Part shown: positions 36,766-46,304 of the stretch, piece after piece
Numbering within the stretch: position 1 is the stretch's first letter
Layout of the letters: each line of letters opens with the position of its first letter
Assembly (NCBI GenBank): GCA_965214605.1
Contig: OZ243961.1
Location: 2,784,001-2,848,000 of the forward strand
Source: an uncultured Candidatus Binatia bacterium
GTDB lineage: Bacteria; Desulfobacterota; Binatia; Bin18
Direction of reading: 5' to 3'
Length of the DNA stretch: 64,000 bases
Notes under the pieces: model-generated
Databases searched by the model: none
What the model was told of the DNA's origin: nothing
The model's input: the letters and a program-made list of their open reading frames with translations, nothing else
Position numbers and translations under genes: made by a program

Positions 36766-39700
36766 TCAACTGATTGCGCGCAGCTGCTGCAGGGTGGCCC
36801 AGCGCGGGTCGTGGCGTTTGTGCCGCATCCGTGCCCCGACCTGGCTGCCGCAGATCTCTGGAAAGGGGCACGGGTAACAGGTCTCGGGGTGCGGATAAAA
36901 GCAGCCGGACCGTATCCCCCTCAACACGGTGGTGAGGATAGACCGGAGGACGCGGAGTGACTCCGGCCAGGTCTCTTCGGTAAATGTCGGAGTGGTAGGG
37001 TGGGGGTGCGGGCCGAGCCCGACATAGCTGGCCGATTCCCACCCCAAGTCGGGCCGCAGGCTGCGGGCCGCAAACAGATACAGCGGCAATTGTAGAGCAG
37101 TCCCTCTGGCAAACCGACCGCGTGGCGCTTGGCCGGTTTTATAGTCAATGATTCGGGCTTTTGACCCGGTGGCAGACACATCGATCCGATCGATTCTGCC
37201 CCGTAGGCGAATAGGCTCTCCGTCTTCTAGGCTGAAGTTGACCGGTCGGTCGGGGAAAAACTGCTCCTCATCAAAGTCGCGTGTTGAACCAAAGGCGACC
37301 TCAAAGGCGTGGGGCACAAATGCTGATCCGCTCGCTGTCTCGTGGTGTACTAGGCGAGTCAAACGTTCACGCAACCGTTCCTGTTCAAGCTCCCAGAGCA
37401 GGGGTGGGCCGGTGGGCTGGATTTCGGCAAAATGGGCAAAGTGTCGATCAGCAAGGTGCATCAGCCGCCGGACCAAAAGCTGAGGGTCTTGGCCCTCTAG
37501 GGGCAGTTGATTGGCCGTCTTCAGCCGGGAGAAAAAGTCATACAAAATATCGTGCAGCAAAAGGCCCCGCTGGCGGGGGCTGAGGGCTGCCATATCCTCA
37601 GTAGCGTCCGTTGGGGTCAGACCTAGAGCGTAACTGAGGAAGTAGTGAAAGGGACATCGGGCGTAGGTTTCGAGAGCACTCGGTGAGACGTACAGTCCAG
37701 AGGGAAACAGCTGGTGCTGTAGTCTGTGTTTGGCCTCAGGAGCTTCGAGCACGCCGTCGAAGACGGTCAGGCGTGGACTGTCTAGGCGTTGGCCGATCGC
37801 CTGCTGGGCCGAGGAAAAAGCGGGGCTGGCGAGCGGGAGATAGCCCAGGGTGCTCACATCGCCACTAGCCAGCGCCTGTTCAACCGTCGCCAAGTGGAAT
37901 TCGAGGGCATCTTGGGCCTGCTGGACGGGCCCGGCGTATACTGGAGTCAGCGGAATGCGCTGACTCCAGGCGTCGAGGTCGGCAAAGGTCTGGGCCTGGC
38001 CTCGTAGGGCCTCAAGGACGCGCAACAGGTACCAGGAGGGCAGCTGAGGACGCCCGCTCAGCTTATCGTAGCTGGGATAACTCAGGATAAGGTGTTTGTT
38101 CGCCCCCTGGGTGGCCAAACAGAACAGCAAACGTTCTTCCTCGTGCCGCTGCCCGCGTTGGGCGAGTTCACAGCCGAGCGTCTCGGCAAGGTGTTGGCGT
38201 TCGGCGTCGAGCAGCAGCGGGTCTTGTCGAACGCTGCGCGGGAAGCCCCCGTCAACCATACCGGGGATGAGGACGGCCTGAAAACCAACGCCGCGGGCGG
38301 CCGACAGGTCACCGATGAAAACGCCGTCGGTCCGACAGGCAGGGCGGGGGGTGGCCAAGGCCTGCCTGACGGTCTGCGCCCAGTCTTCGAGGCTTGGGGT
38401 GGACTCGCTAAGATCAAGCTGGGCCAAATCCAGCAGCAGCTCTTCGACTTGGTCGGTGTACACCGTCGGGCTGCTATAGGCGCGGTACAGCCGCAGGCTG
38501 TAGTCTGCCCAGGCTTGCCAGCTCGGCTGGCTCGGCCGCGGCTCCGCTGCGGCAAACAGCCCATGCATAAAGGCGATACAGGCGCGTAAAATGGGCAGTG
38601 CGGTCGCGGATTGGTCTGAGTTTTGGCCTGAGCCTTGGGCCTCGGCTTGGTAGGCTCTTTCAAGTCGAGCCAGACTGTGTTGCCACTCTTGGGTGCCGCT
38701 GACAATACCCGCCTGTTGGACTAGGGCTTGCCAGCGGTCGAGTTGGACGTGCTGAGCGGGTATGTCCGGCAACAGGGTGGCGTAGGGCGGTCGGCTGATG
38801 GTGAGGAATTCAAACATCCGGTCAGGCGCATAGTCTTCGACTAGCAGGCGTGAGAGCAGGTGCAGGGCTTGGCCGGCCGAGGTGTGGAGCAGCGGCAGAC
38901 CGTCGGACAGCCAACTTGGAATGCCCAGGTTCTCGAAGGTCTCGGTCAGCAACGGGCCGTAGCGTGCTGGGTCGCGCAGGACTATACCAATTTCAGAAAA
39001 ACGGACCTTGTGGTCGCGGACAAGAGAGAGGATCGTTCGGCTAATCTCGCGCGCCTCGCGGCTGTCACTCGGGGCTGCCAGGCAGCGAACGTGCGTGGCA
39101 CTTGGCGGTTGGTCTGCAGCGCTGGCCAAAAAGATTTGGTCAGGAACGAACTCTTTTGTGGTCTGGGGCGGAACTTCTTCAAAAAGGGAATGGTGGAGCC
39201 GAGACAGCTCAGAGTCTGCTGCGTGCGTGAGAGGGGTATAGACAAGGCCTAAGCTGCGCAGCCAACTGAGCGTCGGCGTAGCATAGGCATACGCGTTGCC
39301 CGTCCGCCAGGGAAAAAAAACCAAGCCGTCGCGGTCTTGGAGTGCCGCCGCAATCAGGCGGCGCTGGAGCGGGCTGAAGTCATAAAACCCGTACACAAAC
39401 AGGGCGCCCGGTGGTGCTTCAGGCACAAGGGCGGCTTGTTCGAGCATATCCTGGTCATCGTACAGCCGCCGGTCGGTGAGAAAACGCTGGTATTGCTCAT
39501 AGAGTGTGGCAAGACCGTTGATCTTTTGCCGCACGGCACCGGTCAGCCGCGTTCGAGTCAGAAAAGTCTGCAAACCGTCGGCGGTGATGCCGGCATGTTT
39601 ACAATCGGCCAGGGTTTCCAAGACGCCTGTGGGGAAGCCTGGTTGGTCTGCTAGGCCGCTAAAGAGGTGCTCAGGACCGAACTGAGCGAGCAGTTTTTGG

Positions 39701-40041
39701 ATGATCAACGGAGCGGCGAGCCGCGGCAGGGGACGCCAGCCCTGTTGGCCCAAACGGTCTTCGACGCACTCACGGGCAAAATCCATCAGGCTAAAAAACC
39801 GCACCCCTACATGGCCACGTCCAGCCTGGGCAATAGCCTGGCGCAGGTGGTCGGCTAAGGAGTCGTGCGGCACGAGGATGGTCAGGGGGCTGAGGGTCTG
39901 GGTCGTCTGAACAGCTTGGACTGCGGCGATGCAAGCGCCTTGCAAAACGCTGAACGCATCTGTCACAAACACGCGCCGTTGAGGCATGCTGTAATGCTTA
40001 CGGGGTTTGTCTTTGTTTTTCAATGACGTTGTGGCTGACAA
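36766..40041 (-). CDS. addB: AddB-like PD-(D/E)XK nuclease with Fe-S cluster cysteines
   Basis: SPSALETYARCPF, GRIDRID, IIDYKTG, LQLPLY, CYPCPFPEIC; directly upstream of addA. Exact start uncertain. Confidence 0.82.
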   Translation of the reverse strand: MSATTSLKNKDKPRKHYSMPQRRVFVTDAFSVLQGACIAAVQAVQTTQTLSPLTILVPHDSLADHLRQAIAQAGRGHVGVRFFSLMDFARECVEDRLGQQGWRPLPRLAAPLIIQKLLAQFGPEHLFSGLADQPGFPTGVLETLADCKHAGITADGLQTFLTRTRLTGAVRQKINGLATLYEQYQRFLTDRRLYDDQDMLEQAALVPEAPPGALFVYGFYDFSPLQRRLIAAALQDRDGLVFFPWRTGNAYAYATPTLSWLRSLGLVYTPLTHAADSELSRLHHSLFEEVPPQTTKEFVPDQIFLASAADQPPSATHVRCLAAPSDSREAREISRTILSLVRDHKVRFSEIGIVLRDPARYGPLLTETFENLGIPSWLSDGLPLLHTSAGQALHLLSRLLVEDYAPDRMFEFLTISRPPYATLLPDIPAQHVQLDRWQALVQQAGIVSGTQEWQHSLARLERAYQAEAQGSGQNSDQSATALPILRACIAFMHGLFAAAEPRPSQPSWQAWADYSLRLYRAYSSPTVYTDQVEELLLDLAQLDLSESTPSLEDWAQTVRQALATPRPACRTDGVFIGDLSAARGVGFQAVLIPGMVDGGFPRSVRQDPLLLDAERQHLAETLGCELAQRGQRHEEERLLFCLATQGANKHLILSYPSYDKLSGRPQLPSWYLLRVLEALRGQAQTFADLDAWSQRIPLTPVYAGPVQQAQDALEFHLATVEQALASGDVSTLGYLPLASPAFSSAQQAIGQRLDSPRLTVFDGVLEAPEAKHRLQHQLFPSGLYVSPSALETYARCPFHYFLSYALGLTPTDATEDMAALSPRQRGLLLHDILYDFFSRLKTANQLPLEGQDPQLLVRRLMHLADRHFAHFAEIQPTGPPLLWELEQERLRERLTRLVHHETASGSAFVPHAFEVAFGSTRDFDEEQFFPDRPVNFSLEDGEPIRLRGRIDRIDVSATGSKARIIDYKTGQAPRGRFARGTALQLPLYLFAARSLRPDLGWESASYVGLGPHPHPTTPTFTEETWPESLRVLRSILTTVLRGIRSGCFYPHPETCYPCPFPEICGSQVGARMRHKRHDPRWATLQQLRAIS

Positions 40042-40080
40042 AGTGGACGCCGCTCTCTATGAGGGCCCTCATCGTCCACT

Positions 40081-40566
40081 TTAATCAAGTACACATACCA
40101 TAAGGAGCCCGTCTTCGCCGTTCGCATAATACTTGTGCCTCACGCCGACTGTCTCAAAGCCAAATTTTCGGTACATCCCAATCGCGGCCCGGTTGCTGCG
40201 GCGGACCTCAAGAGTTGCCCTACGGGCTCCTACCTGGCGGGCGTGGGCCAGAGTCTGGCGCAACAATGCCTGGCCGGTCCCGCGTTGGCGACAGTCGGGC
40301 CGGACGGCAATGTTGAGGATATGGGCCTCGTCGATAATCAGCCAGCTGCACACATAGCCGACAACACGGCCCTGGTGCTCAGCCACCACAAAACGGCCGT
40401 GCTGGTTGAGGAGCTCGTGGACAAAAGCAGGGCGCGTCCAAGCGGGTGAGGAGCTGGCGCGTTCGATACTGAGAATAGCCGGCAGGTCTGCCTCAGTGCA
40501 GGGGCGGAGCGATACTCCCCCGCCCACTTGAGGGCCGGGCGGGGTCGCGGCCTTGGCGGTCTTCAC
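40081..40566 (-). CDS. rimI: Ribosomal protein S18 alanine N-acetyltransferase
   Basis: DEAHILNIAV, LEVRRSN, YRKFGF, RHKYY..GEDG. Confidence 0.92.
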   Translation of the reverse strand: MKTAKAATPPGPQVGGGVSLRPCTEADLPAILSIERASSSPAWTRPAFVHELLNQHGRFVVAEHQGRVVGYVCSWLIIDEAHILNIAVRPDCRQRGTGQALLRQTLAHARQVGARRATLEVRRSNRAAIGMYRKFGFETVGVRHKYYANGEDGLLMVCVLD

Positions 40567-40570
40567 GCTG

Positions 40571-41920
40571 TTAGCGCTGAAACAGAATCACTTCGAGGGT
40601 TTTGTCCCGATAGCGGTGCTTAAAATTGGCGATCGGACGCTCAAGGGGAATCCGCTTGGTAAAATCGGGCGGAAAAGCCGGTGAGACGGCTGCCAGTTTG
40701 CGGATATCGGGATCCGTCACGCTGCCTTTGACGAGAAAATGATCTTCCCGCAGGGTCAGCTCGTACTCGTAGTCGGGCATTTCGTCGCCAATGCCCAGCG
40801 AGCGCTTCATGGCTGAGACTGGGACCCGGCGCGGAAACTCCAGGCGCAGCAGGTAGGCGTTGCCCTCTTCTTCCAGGCTGTATGCCTCGCCATAGCGGCG
40901 TGAGCGTTCTGTTTTCTCGTCAAACTCGCCACTGTAGTAGCCCTCGACCGGAATAGCCCCCTGCTCTTGCGAGTGCTTGGACCGCATACTCAGAAACGGG
41001 GCGGCCAGGGGAGCTAGGGCCAGACCGTACGGCGCGCCGCGGAACCGTGCCTCGTCGCTCGACGCGCCCTGGAATAAAGCCTCGCGTAGGCGGACTGCGG
41101 TTTCACCTGAGGCGATCACCAGGCCAAGAAAAATACTCGTGTTGGCCTGTTGGCTGAACAGCTCGCCGCCCATTGCGGTATAGACGGCCAGACACAGGGC
41201 GGGATACAGGACCATGTTGAACAGAACATTCATGCCGGTAGACGAGGCCGCGCTAAAGTAGCGCGGATCATCGAGTGCTTCTTCCAGGGCAGTTTTGGTC
41301 GAAGCGGGCAGTGCGCCTAGCAGCGGTTGCAAAAGAGCGGCCACAGAGCCGAGTCCCAGATGAGCCTGGGTCGGGGCAATCCGGGCTCGGGCGGCTTCAT
41401 AGCTCTCGGCGAGCTCTCCGGGAAAGAGTTTCTCGCGAACCTCTTTTTTCGGTGGCGGGGGGGGAGCCGGGGCGGCCGCAGGCTTTGGAGCGACGGCGGC
41501 CGGGGTCGGAGCTGGCGTGGCGGCCGGTTTGGCCGCTCCGTTGGTCTGTGGGGCAGGCGCTGCCGAGACCGCTGGCGCTTCGGCCTCGGCGTTCTTGAAG
41601 CGGGATGGAAAATCCTCCTCAAAGGTCTGGTCCGGATGCAGCTCTTTGGCACGCGCAATTAAGACATCTTCGGTCTCTGGGATATCCGGGTCGGGGATGC
41701 AGCAATCGACCGGACAGACGGCGGCGCAAGCTTCCTGTTCATAAAACCCCACACATTCGGTGCATTTTTGGGGCACAATGTAGAAGATATCCTCAGAGAT
41801 GGCTGGTGAGGTCGCGTCTCCGAGTTCCCATTCCACCCCACCTTGGTAGATAGCCGTGTTGGGACACTCCGGTTCGCAGGCTCCGCAGTTAATGCAGTCG
41901 CTTGTGATCAGTGTAGCCAT
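40571..41920 (-). CDS. YfhL-type 2[4Fe-4S] ferredoxin fused to a Pro/Ala linker, a TM region and an Hsp20/ACD-like C-terminal domain
   Basis: CINCGACEPECPN and CTECVG..CAAVCPVDCC; AAGGAG RBS; one 449-aa open frame. Confidence 0.8.
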   Translation of the reverse strand: MATLITSDCINCGACEPECPNTAIYQGGVEWELGDATSPAISEDIFYIVPQKCTECVGFYEQEACAAVCPVDCCIPDPDIPETEDVLIARAKELHPDQTFEEDFPSRFKNAEAEAPAVSAAPAPQTNGAAKPAATPAPTPAAVAPKPAAAPAPPPPPKKEVREKLFPGELAESYEAARARIAPTQAHLGLGSVAALLQPLLGALPASTKTALEEALDDPRYFSAASSTGMNVLFNMVLYPALCLAVYTAMGGELFSQQANTSIFLGLVIASGETAVRLREALFQGASSDEARFRGAPYGLALAPLAAPFLSMRSKHSQEQGAIPVEGYYSGEFDEKTERSRRYGEAYSLEEEGNAYLLRLEFPRRVPVSAMKRSLGIGDEMPDYEYELTLREDHFLVKGSVTDPDIRKLAAVSPAFPPDFTKRIPLERPIANFKHRYRDKTLEVILFQR

Positions 41921-41957
41921 GGTAAACTGGTCTCCTTACATCAAGACATGTGCCCAC

Positions 41958-41986
41958 TTCGTATCGGTTTTGCCGGAAACGGTCAA
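41958..41986 (-). promoter_or_regulatory. Candidate promoter of the ferredoxin-rimI-addBA operon
   Basis: TTGACC-N17-TACGAA on the minus strand. Confidence 0.45.
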
Positions 41987-42095
41987 CGAGGAGGAGGCTC
42001 GGGCCCGGCCTGCCTGATCGCGTGCTGGCACGCGGCTGAAAAATGGACGAGCAGGGTGGAAAAATCCCAGACAAAACGAGTCAGTGATTGTGAGA

Positions 42096-42380
42096 GGGGC
42101 GGATATCTCGGTGGCTTTGGTTCTCCTTAATAAGGTCACTCGGCACGGTCTGGGCGGGTAACCCCGGCGGAGCTGGCGAGCCCAAACAGGCCGTCCCGGC
42201 CGGAACGGTGAACGTCAATACCGAGTGCCGAAGAAGGCCGGACGCTGCCAAATAGCGGCGAGAGTGGGCCACCGGCGAGCCGAGAACCGTGCGTTCAAAT
42301 CTCTTGAGGCTATCAAGAACCTCCCGCGGGTCGGGGAGAAGACCGGTGAGAGCCTGCAGGGGATGGAGGGTCTCCGTCCC
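42096..42380. ncRNA. Candidate structured non-coding RNA, family not recognised
   Basis: Several long-range complementary segments and hairpins in an intergenic region with no credible ORF (see findings). Confidence 0.4.
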
Positions 42381-42386
42381 ACCCCC

Positions 42387-42668
42387 TTATGTCCCCGCGT
42401 GTTTGGCATCGCACTCGGCCCGACACTGGTTTGAATACTCGTCGGCCTGGGTGCCGCACTCACTGAGCCGATCGAACGCCCCCTGGGCGCGCAGTGTATC
42501 AATGCATTCTTGATTGATCTTCTCCGAGGCGGTCCGGCACTCGCTCCGACACACTGCCAAGGGACTCAGTGGCCTTGGCTTGGGTGGCTCTTTTTCTTCC
42601 TGACACGCGGCCAAGAACACGACGCCGCCGCCAAATATGAGCCCTGCGACTGCTCTCCAGTGGTTCAT
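42387..42668 (-). CDS. Small Cys-rich lipoprotein
   Basis: Lipobox FLAA|C; six further Cys (CRSEC...C...C...CRAEC); GGAGGG RBS. Confidence 0.75.
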   Translation of the reverse strand: MNHWRAVAGLIFGGGVVFLAACQEEKEPPKPRPLSPLAVCRSECRTASEKINQECIDTLRAQGAFDRLSECGTQADEYSNQCRAECDAKHAGT

Positions 42669-42755
42669 CGGGTGCCCTCCATCAATGATGTCCTGCTAAG
42701 CGTTTGCCTGGTAGACAAGGTCAATGACGACCACAAGTAAAGGTCATCGTTTCCC

Positions 42756-42784
42756 TTGATAAGCGTTCCGTGCTCTCATACCAT
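42756..42784 (+). promoter_or_regulatory. Sigma70-type promoter of uvrC
   Basis: TTGATA-N17-TACCAT. Confidence 0.55.
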
Positions 42785-42873
42785 TGAGAGTGTGGCACGA
42801 AAAGGGGAGGGGCAGAGAGCCCTGGTGCACCGGATTTCCGATCAATTCCAACCCAAAGAAAGCAAGACAAGCC

Positions 42874-44766
42874 ATGGCTCCCGAGGAAAAACAGTCGCCG
42901 TCCGGTTCTCCGCAGGCGACCGACTTTGCCACCAAGCTGGTCTCCCTCCCGATGCGGCCCGGGGTGTACATGTTCAAAGATAAGCGCGGCGAGGTCATCT
43001 ATGTTGGCAAGGCCAAAAATCTCCGAGCTCGTGTCCGGCAGTACGCCCGGGGTGGGGATGGACGCCCCCAGATTCGTTTTTTGCTGGCCCAACTCGTTGA
43101 TATGGAGGTCTTGGTCACCCGTAGCGAAAAAGAAGCCTTACTGCTCGAAGACACGCTCATCAAACAGTATAAACCCCGCTACAATATCCAGCTCAAAAAT
43201 AATACCGGCTACTGGCACGTAAAAATTACCAGCCGCGATGCCTGGCCCCGCGTGCTCTTAACTCGGCAGGTGGTCAAAGATGGCAACAAGTATCTCGGGC
43301 CTTTTCATTCCAGCAGTGCGGTGCAGGAAACCTTGGAGATTATCCGCAAAGTTTTTCCTCTGCGGACCTGCTCAGATACGGTCTTTCGGAATCGGACTCG
43401 CCCCTGCCTCGAATACCAGATCAAGCGTTGCTTGGGACCGTGCGCGCTGCCGGTTGAGCCGGACGAATATCAACGTCAGCTCAAGGGCGCGCTGATGCTC
43501 CTCGAAGGCAAAAATACTCAGTTGGTTGACCAACTGACAGCTCGTATGAACGAGGCGGCCGCAGAGCTGCGCTACGAGGTGGCCGCCCGCCTGCGGGATC
43601 AGATTCAGGCCGTTCAACGGACCACCGAAAAACAGCAGGTGGCCGCTCCGCTAGGCAATGACCAGGACGTGTTTGGCCTGTACCGTGAGGGCGGACTGAT
43701 TGAGGGCCAGGTGCTCTTCGTGCGGGCCGGCAAGTTGGTTGGGAACCTAGGCTATAGCTTTGACGACAATGAGTTCCCAGATGAACAAGTCTTATCCGAA
43801 CTGTTGACCCGGTTCTATCAGGGCGAGCGTTTTGTGCCTGATGAGATTGTGCTGCCGCTGCCACTCGAAGACGCCGCGGCTCGGTCTGAACTGCTGAGCG
43901 AACGCAAGGGAAAAAAGGTCGATCTGGTGTGTCCTCAGCGAGGCGCAAAGTTGCGCCTGGTGAGGATGGCCGTTGATAATGCTTGCCATAGCTTTCTAGA
44001 AAAACGCCGGGGCGCCGAACAACGCGAGAAGGCACTCGAAGACTTGCGGGCGGGCCTGCGGCTGCGGACCGCCCCAAAGCGCATTGAGTGCTTTGATATT
44101 TCCAATATCCAGGGCAACTTGGCTGTTGGTTCGCTCGTTGTGTTTGACGAGGGCGAACCGGATAAAAGTCGCTACCGTCGTTTTCGGATTAAAACCGTGG
44201 ACGGGGCGGATGATTTTGCCATGATGTATGAGGTCCTGACGCGCCGCTACAGGCGCGCCGTGGCCGACAATGATCTCCCCGATCTGTTGATGGTTGACGG
44301 CGGCAAAGGCCAGCTCGGGGTGGCCGTGCAGGTGTTCAAAGAGCTGGCTATTGACCAGGTTTATCTGATCGGTCTGGCCAAAATGCGGACCGAGCGTGAC
44401 CCGTTTAGTGAAGAGGTGGCCCGATCTGCCGAACGCATTTTTGTGCCGGGCCGAAAAAATCCAATTATCCTCAAGCAGAACTCCAGCGCGCTATTCCTGC
44501 TCCAGCGGGTGCGGGACGAGGCCCACCGATTTGCGATCAGCTATCATCGTCGGCTGCGTGCCAAAGAACGGCTGAGTTCATCCCTTGATACGATCCCGGG
44601 CATTGGTCCTAGCCGCCGCAAGGCCCTGCTGCGTCACTTTGGCAGTTTGAAGCGGGTCCGGGCGGCCCACCGTGAGGAACTCGCCGCAGTGCCGGGCATC
44701 ACGCCGGACCTTGCCGAAGCCATTGCGCGTCATCTGAAGACGGCACGGGAAGGGCCGGCAGAGTGA
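42874..44766 (+). CDS. uvrC: Excinuclease ABC subunit C
   Basis: PGVYMF..YVGKAKNLRARV (GIY-YIG), RIECFDIS, VDGGKGQL, RDEAHRFA, HhH IPGIG. Start approximately ATG 42874. Confidence 0.97.
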   Translation: MAPEEKQSPSGSPQATDFATKLVSLPMRPGVYMFKDKRGEVIYVGKAKNLRARVRQYARGGDGRPQIRFLLAQLVDMEVLVTRSEKEALLLEDTLIKQYKPRYNIQLKNNTGYWHVKITSRDAWPRVLLTRQVVKDGNKYLGPFHSSSAVQETLEIIRKVFPLRTCSDTVFRNRTRPCLEYQIKRCLGPCALPVEPDEYQRQLKGALMLLEGKNTQLVDQLTARMNEAAAELRYEVAARLRDQIQAVQRTTEKQQVAAPLGNDQDVFGLYREGGLIEGQVLFVRAGKLVGNLGYSFDDNEFPDEQVLSELLTRFYQGERFVPDEIVLPLPLEDAAARSELLSERKGKKVDLVCPQRGAKLRLVRMAVDNACHSFLEKRRGAEQREKALEDLRAGLRLRTAPKRIECFDISNIQGNLAVGSLVVFDEGEPDKSRYRRFRIKTVDGADDFAMMYEVLTRRYRRAVADNDLPDLLMVDGGKGQLGVAVQVFKELAIDQVYLIGLAKMRTERDPFSEEVARSAERIFVPGRKNPIILKQNSSALFLLQRVRDEAHRFAISYHRRLRAKERLSSSLDTIPGIGPSRRKALLRHFGSLKRVRAAHREELAAVPGITPDLAEAIARHLKTAREGPAE

Positions 44767-44770
44767 GCCG

Positions 44771-46229
44771 GTGACAGGGGGGCGTACGCTGCTCAGCGCA
44801 GCCGCGCGTTCCTCAATTGGCCTGAGCTTAGCCCGGCTGCTAGGTGAGGCTGTGGCCTATCGGCCTGGTCTGGGACAGGACGTCGGTGGTCTGAACGGAT
44901 ATCGTATCCCGCTCTTTGCCCTGTGGGTTCTTGACCCCGGTCCGGACAGGCGAGACGGCTCAGGCCACCGCGACTGTTGCTGAAGGCGAGCTCTATCGGG
45001 AGCCGACGCCCCATCGGACCCGTTTATGTCTCGAAGTCAGGACAAACGACTCGCCGGCCGCCTCTATGCGAAGGGGGAACTGGCCGTGCAACTCTTGCGA
45101 TTGCCCTAACTGCTTTCACGCATGGGTACCGGTTTTGTTGGCGGCCATCTCTGTTGTTGGTCAGTGGGGCGGTGCTCTGAAGTCTGGCCGCCATGGTTTT
45201 TGTTTCTGTGCATGAAGAATTGGCCGCTCCGCTCATTTTAGTTAGCCGGATCCGAGTCGTAAGCAGGCGCGAGCAACGCCTGGCCGTGGCCTCTGTACCG
45301 TCGTCCTTCCCCAAACAGGTGGGGGTGATCTCCGGGACGCTTTGGTGCTTCGTCTCTCAATCCTCACCCCCTCTCCCCTTTCCACTCCACCATGCCCGTT
45401 CTGGTGCCTCGTGCTCTAGGCCGAGTGCCTGGCAAGGTTTCTTTCGCCAAGAGCTGTCACTGACAGATCTTGATGTTCGGACAGGGGGACACTGTAGTTG
45501 TCGAGTTTTTGGGCTCGCAGACCGGGGTTATATTGTATGGTGACTGCCGGCTGACCGGTGGAGCACTTGTTGGCGGGAGGCAAGAGTGGGTGGCTCTGAA
45601 TATCTGCAGTGCTAAGAGCGGCCCACCGTTGGCGTATGACGAGGGCTTGGTCTTTTTGGTCCAGCATTTTGGACCGAGCAAATTACTGGTTGAGCGGCCA
45701 GGAGGCGGGCAGCGAACGGTTGAAGCGGGCTCTGTCCACTCGGGTCGTCTGTTGAGACAGTCCGACGGTGTCTGGAGTTCAAATGACGAGACATCACCCG
45801 CCCTGTCAGGCCCATGGTGTAGACACCAACAGCGCCTCTGTAGTCCTGCTCCTGCCGGCTCCGGGAGGCCAACTCGACGGGAGTGAGGCGACTTGGCAGA
45901 GAGTTTTACTCGAAGCGGGTCAGGCGCTCCACAGCGAAATTGTTCAAGTCCCCCCATTACGACAGCTACAGTTCTCAGGAGTGCCGCCGTTCGTGCGGAC
46001 TGTCTCACCACGGGTCGCTGCCGCTTTACTCGGGGTTTCCGCCAGCGTTTTTCCTTTCCGGCCCATGAGAGTATGTCGGGCGGCTCTTTGGGCGGCGGGG
46101 GACGAGCTGTTGCGGGCAGGGTCAAGGACAGGACGGTGCGGGTGCGTAGCGGTGGAACGGGATTTCCGCTTGAGGGGGGCTGTGGGCCAACAGCGATTGA
46201 GACGCTTGGCGAGGCCGATCACGCGCTGA
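44771..46229 (+). pseudogene. comEC: Decayed comEC/rec2 DNA-uptake gene
   Basis: Frameshifted remnants: EGELYREP..RTRL; LDV[+1 nt]GQGDTVVVEF at 45469-45508; TNSASVVL; VQVP/HYDS (cf. KVPHHGS); VSPRVA; RFSFP; QDGA. Confidence 0.75.
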
Positions 46230-46304
46230 GCTCTTCTGCTGCTAGACGCCTTGGGGTGGGCTGTAGTAGGGTTTCTCCTAGAGTTCGACACGAAAGGCGC
46301 TTTT

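Noticed and set aside
33276-40041. Helicase plus nuclease pair as a possible anti-phage defence system
   Set aside because: Motifs, Fe-S cysteines, gene order and housekeeping context fit ordinary AddAB recombination repair.
42280-42310. GTTCAAATC T-loop-like motif suggesting a tRNA or tmRNA
   Set aside because: No 5-bp T-stem, acceptor stem or CCA end around it.
42150-42370. Resemblance of the candidate RNA to FMN or cobalamin riboswitches, RNase P or 6S
   Set aside because: Only short scattered matches; the diagnostic conserved blocks and a suitable downstream gene are missing.
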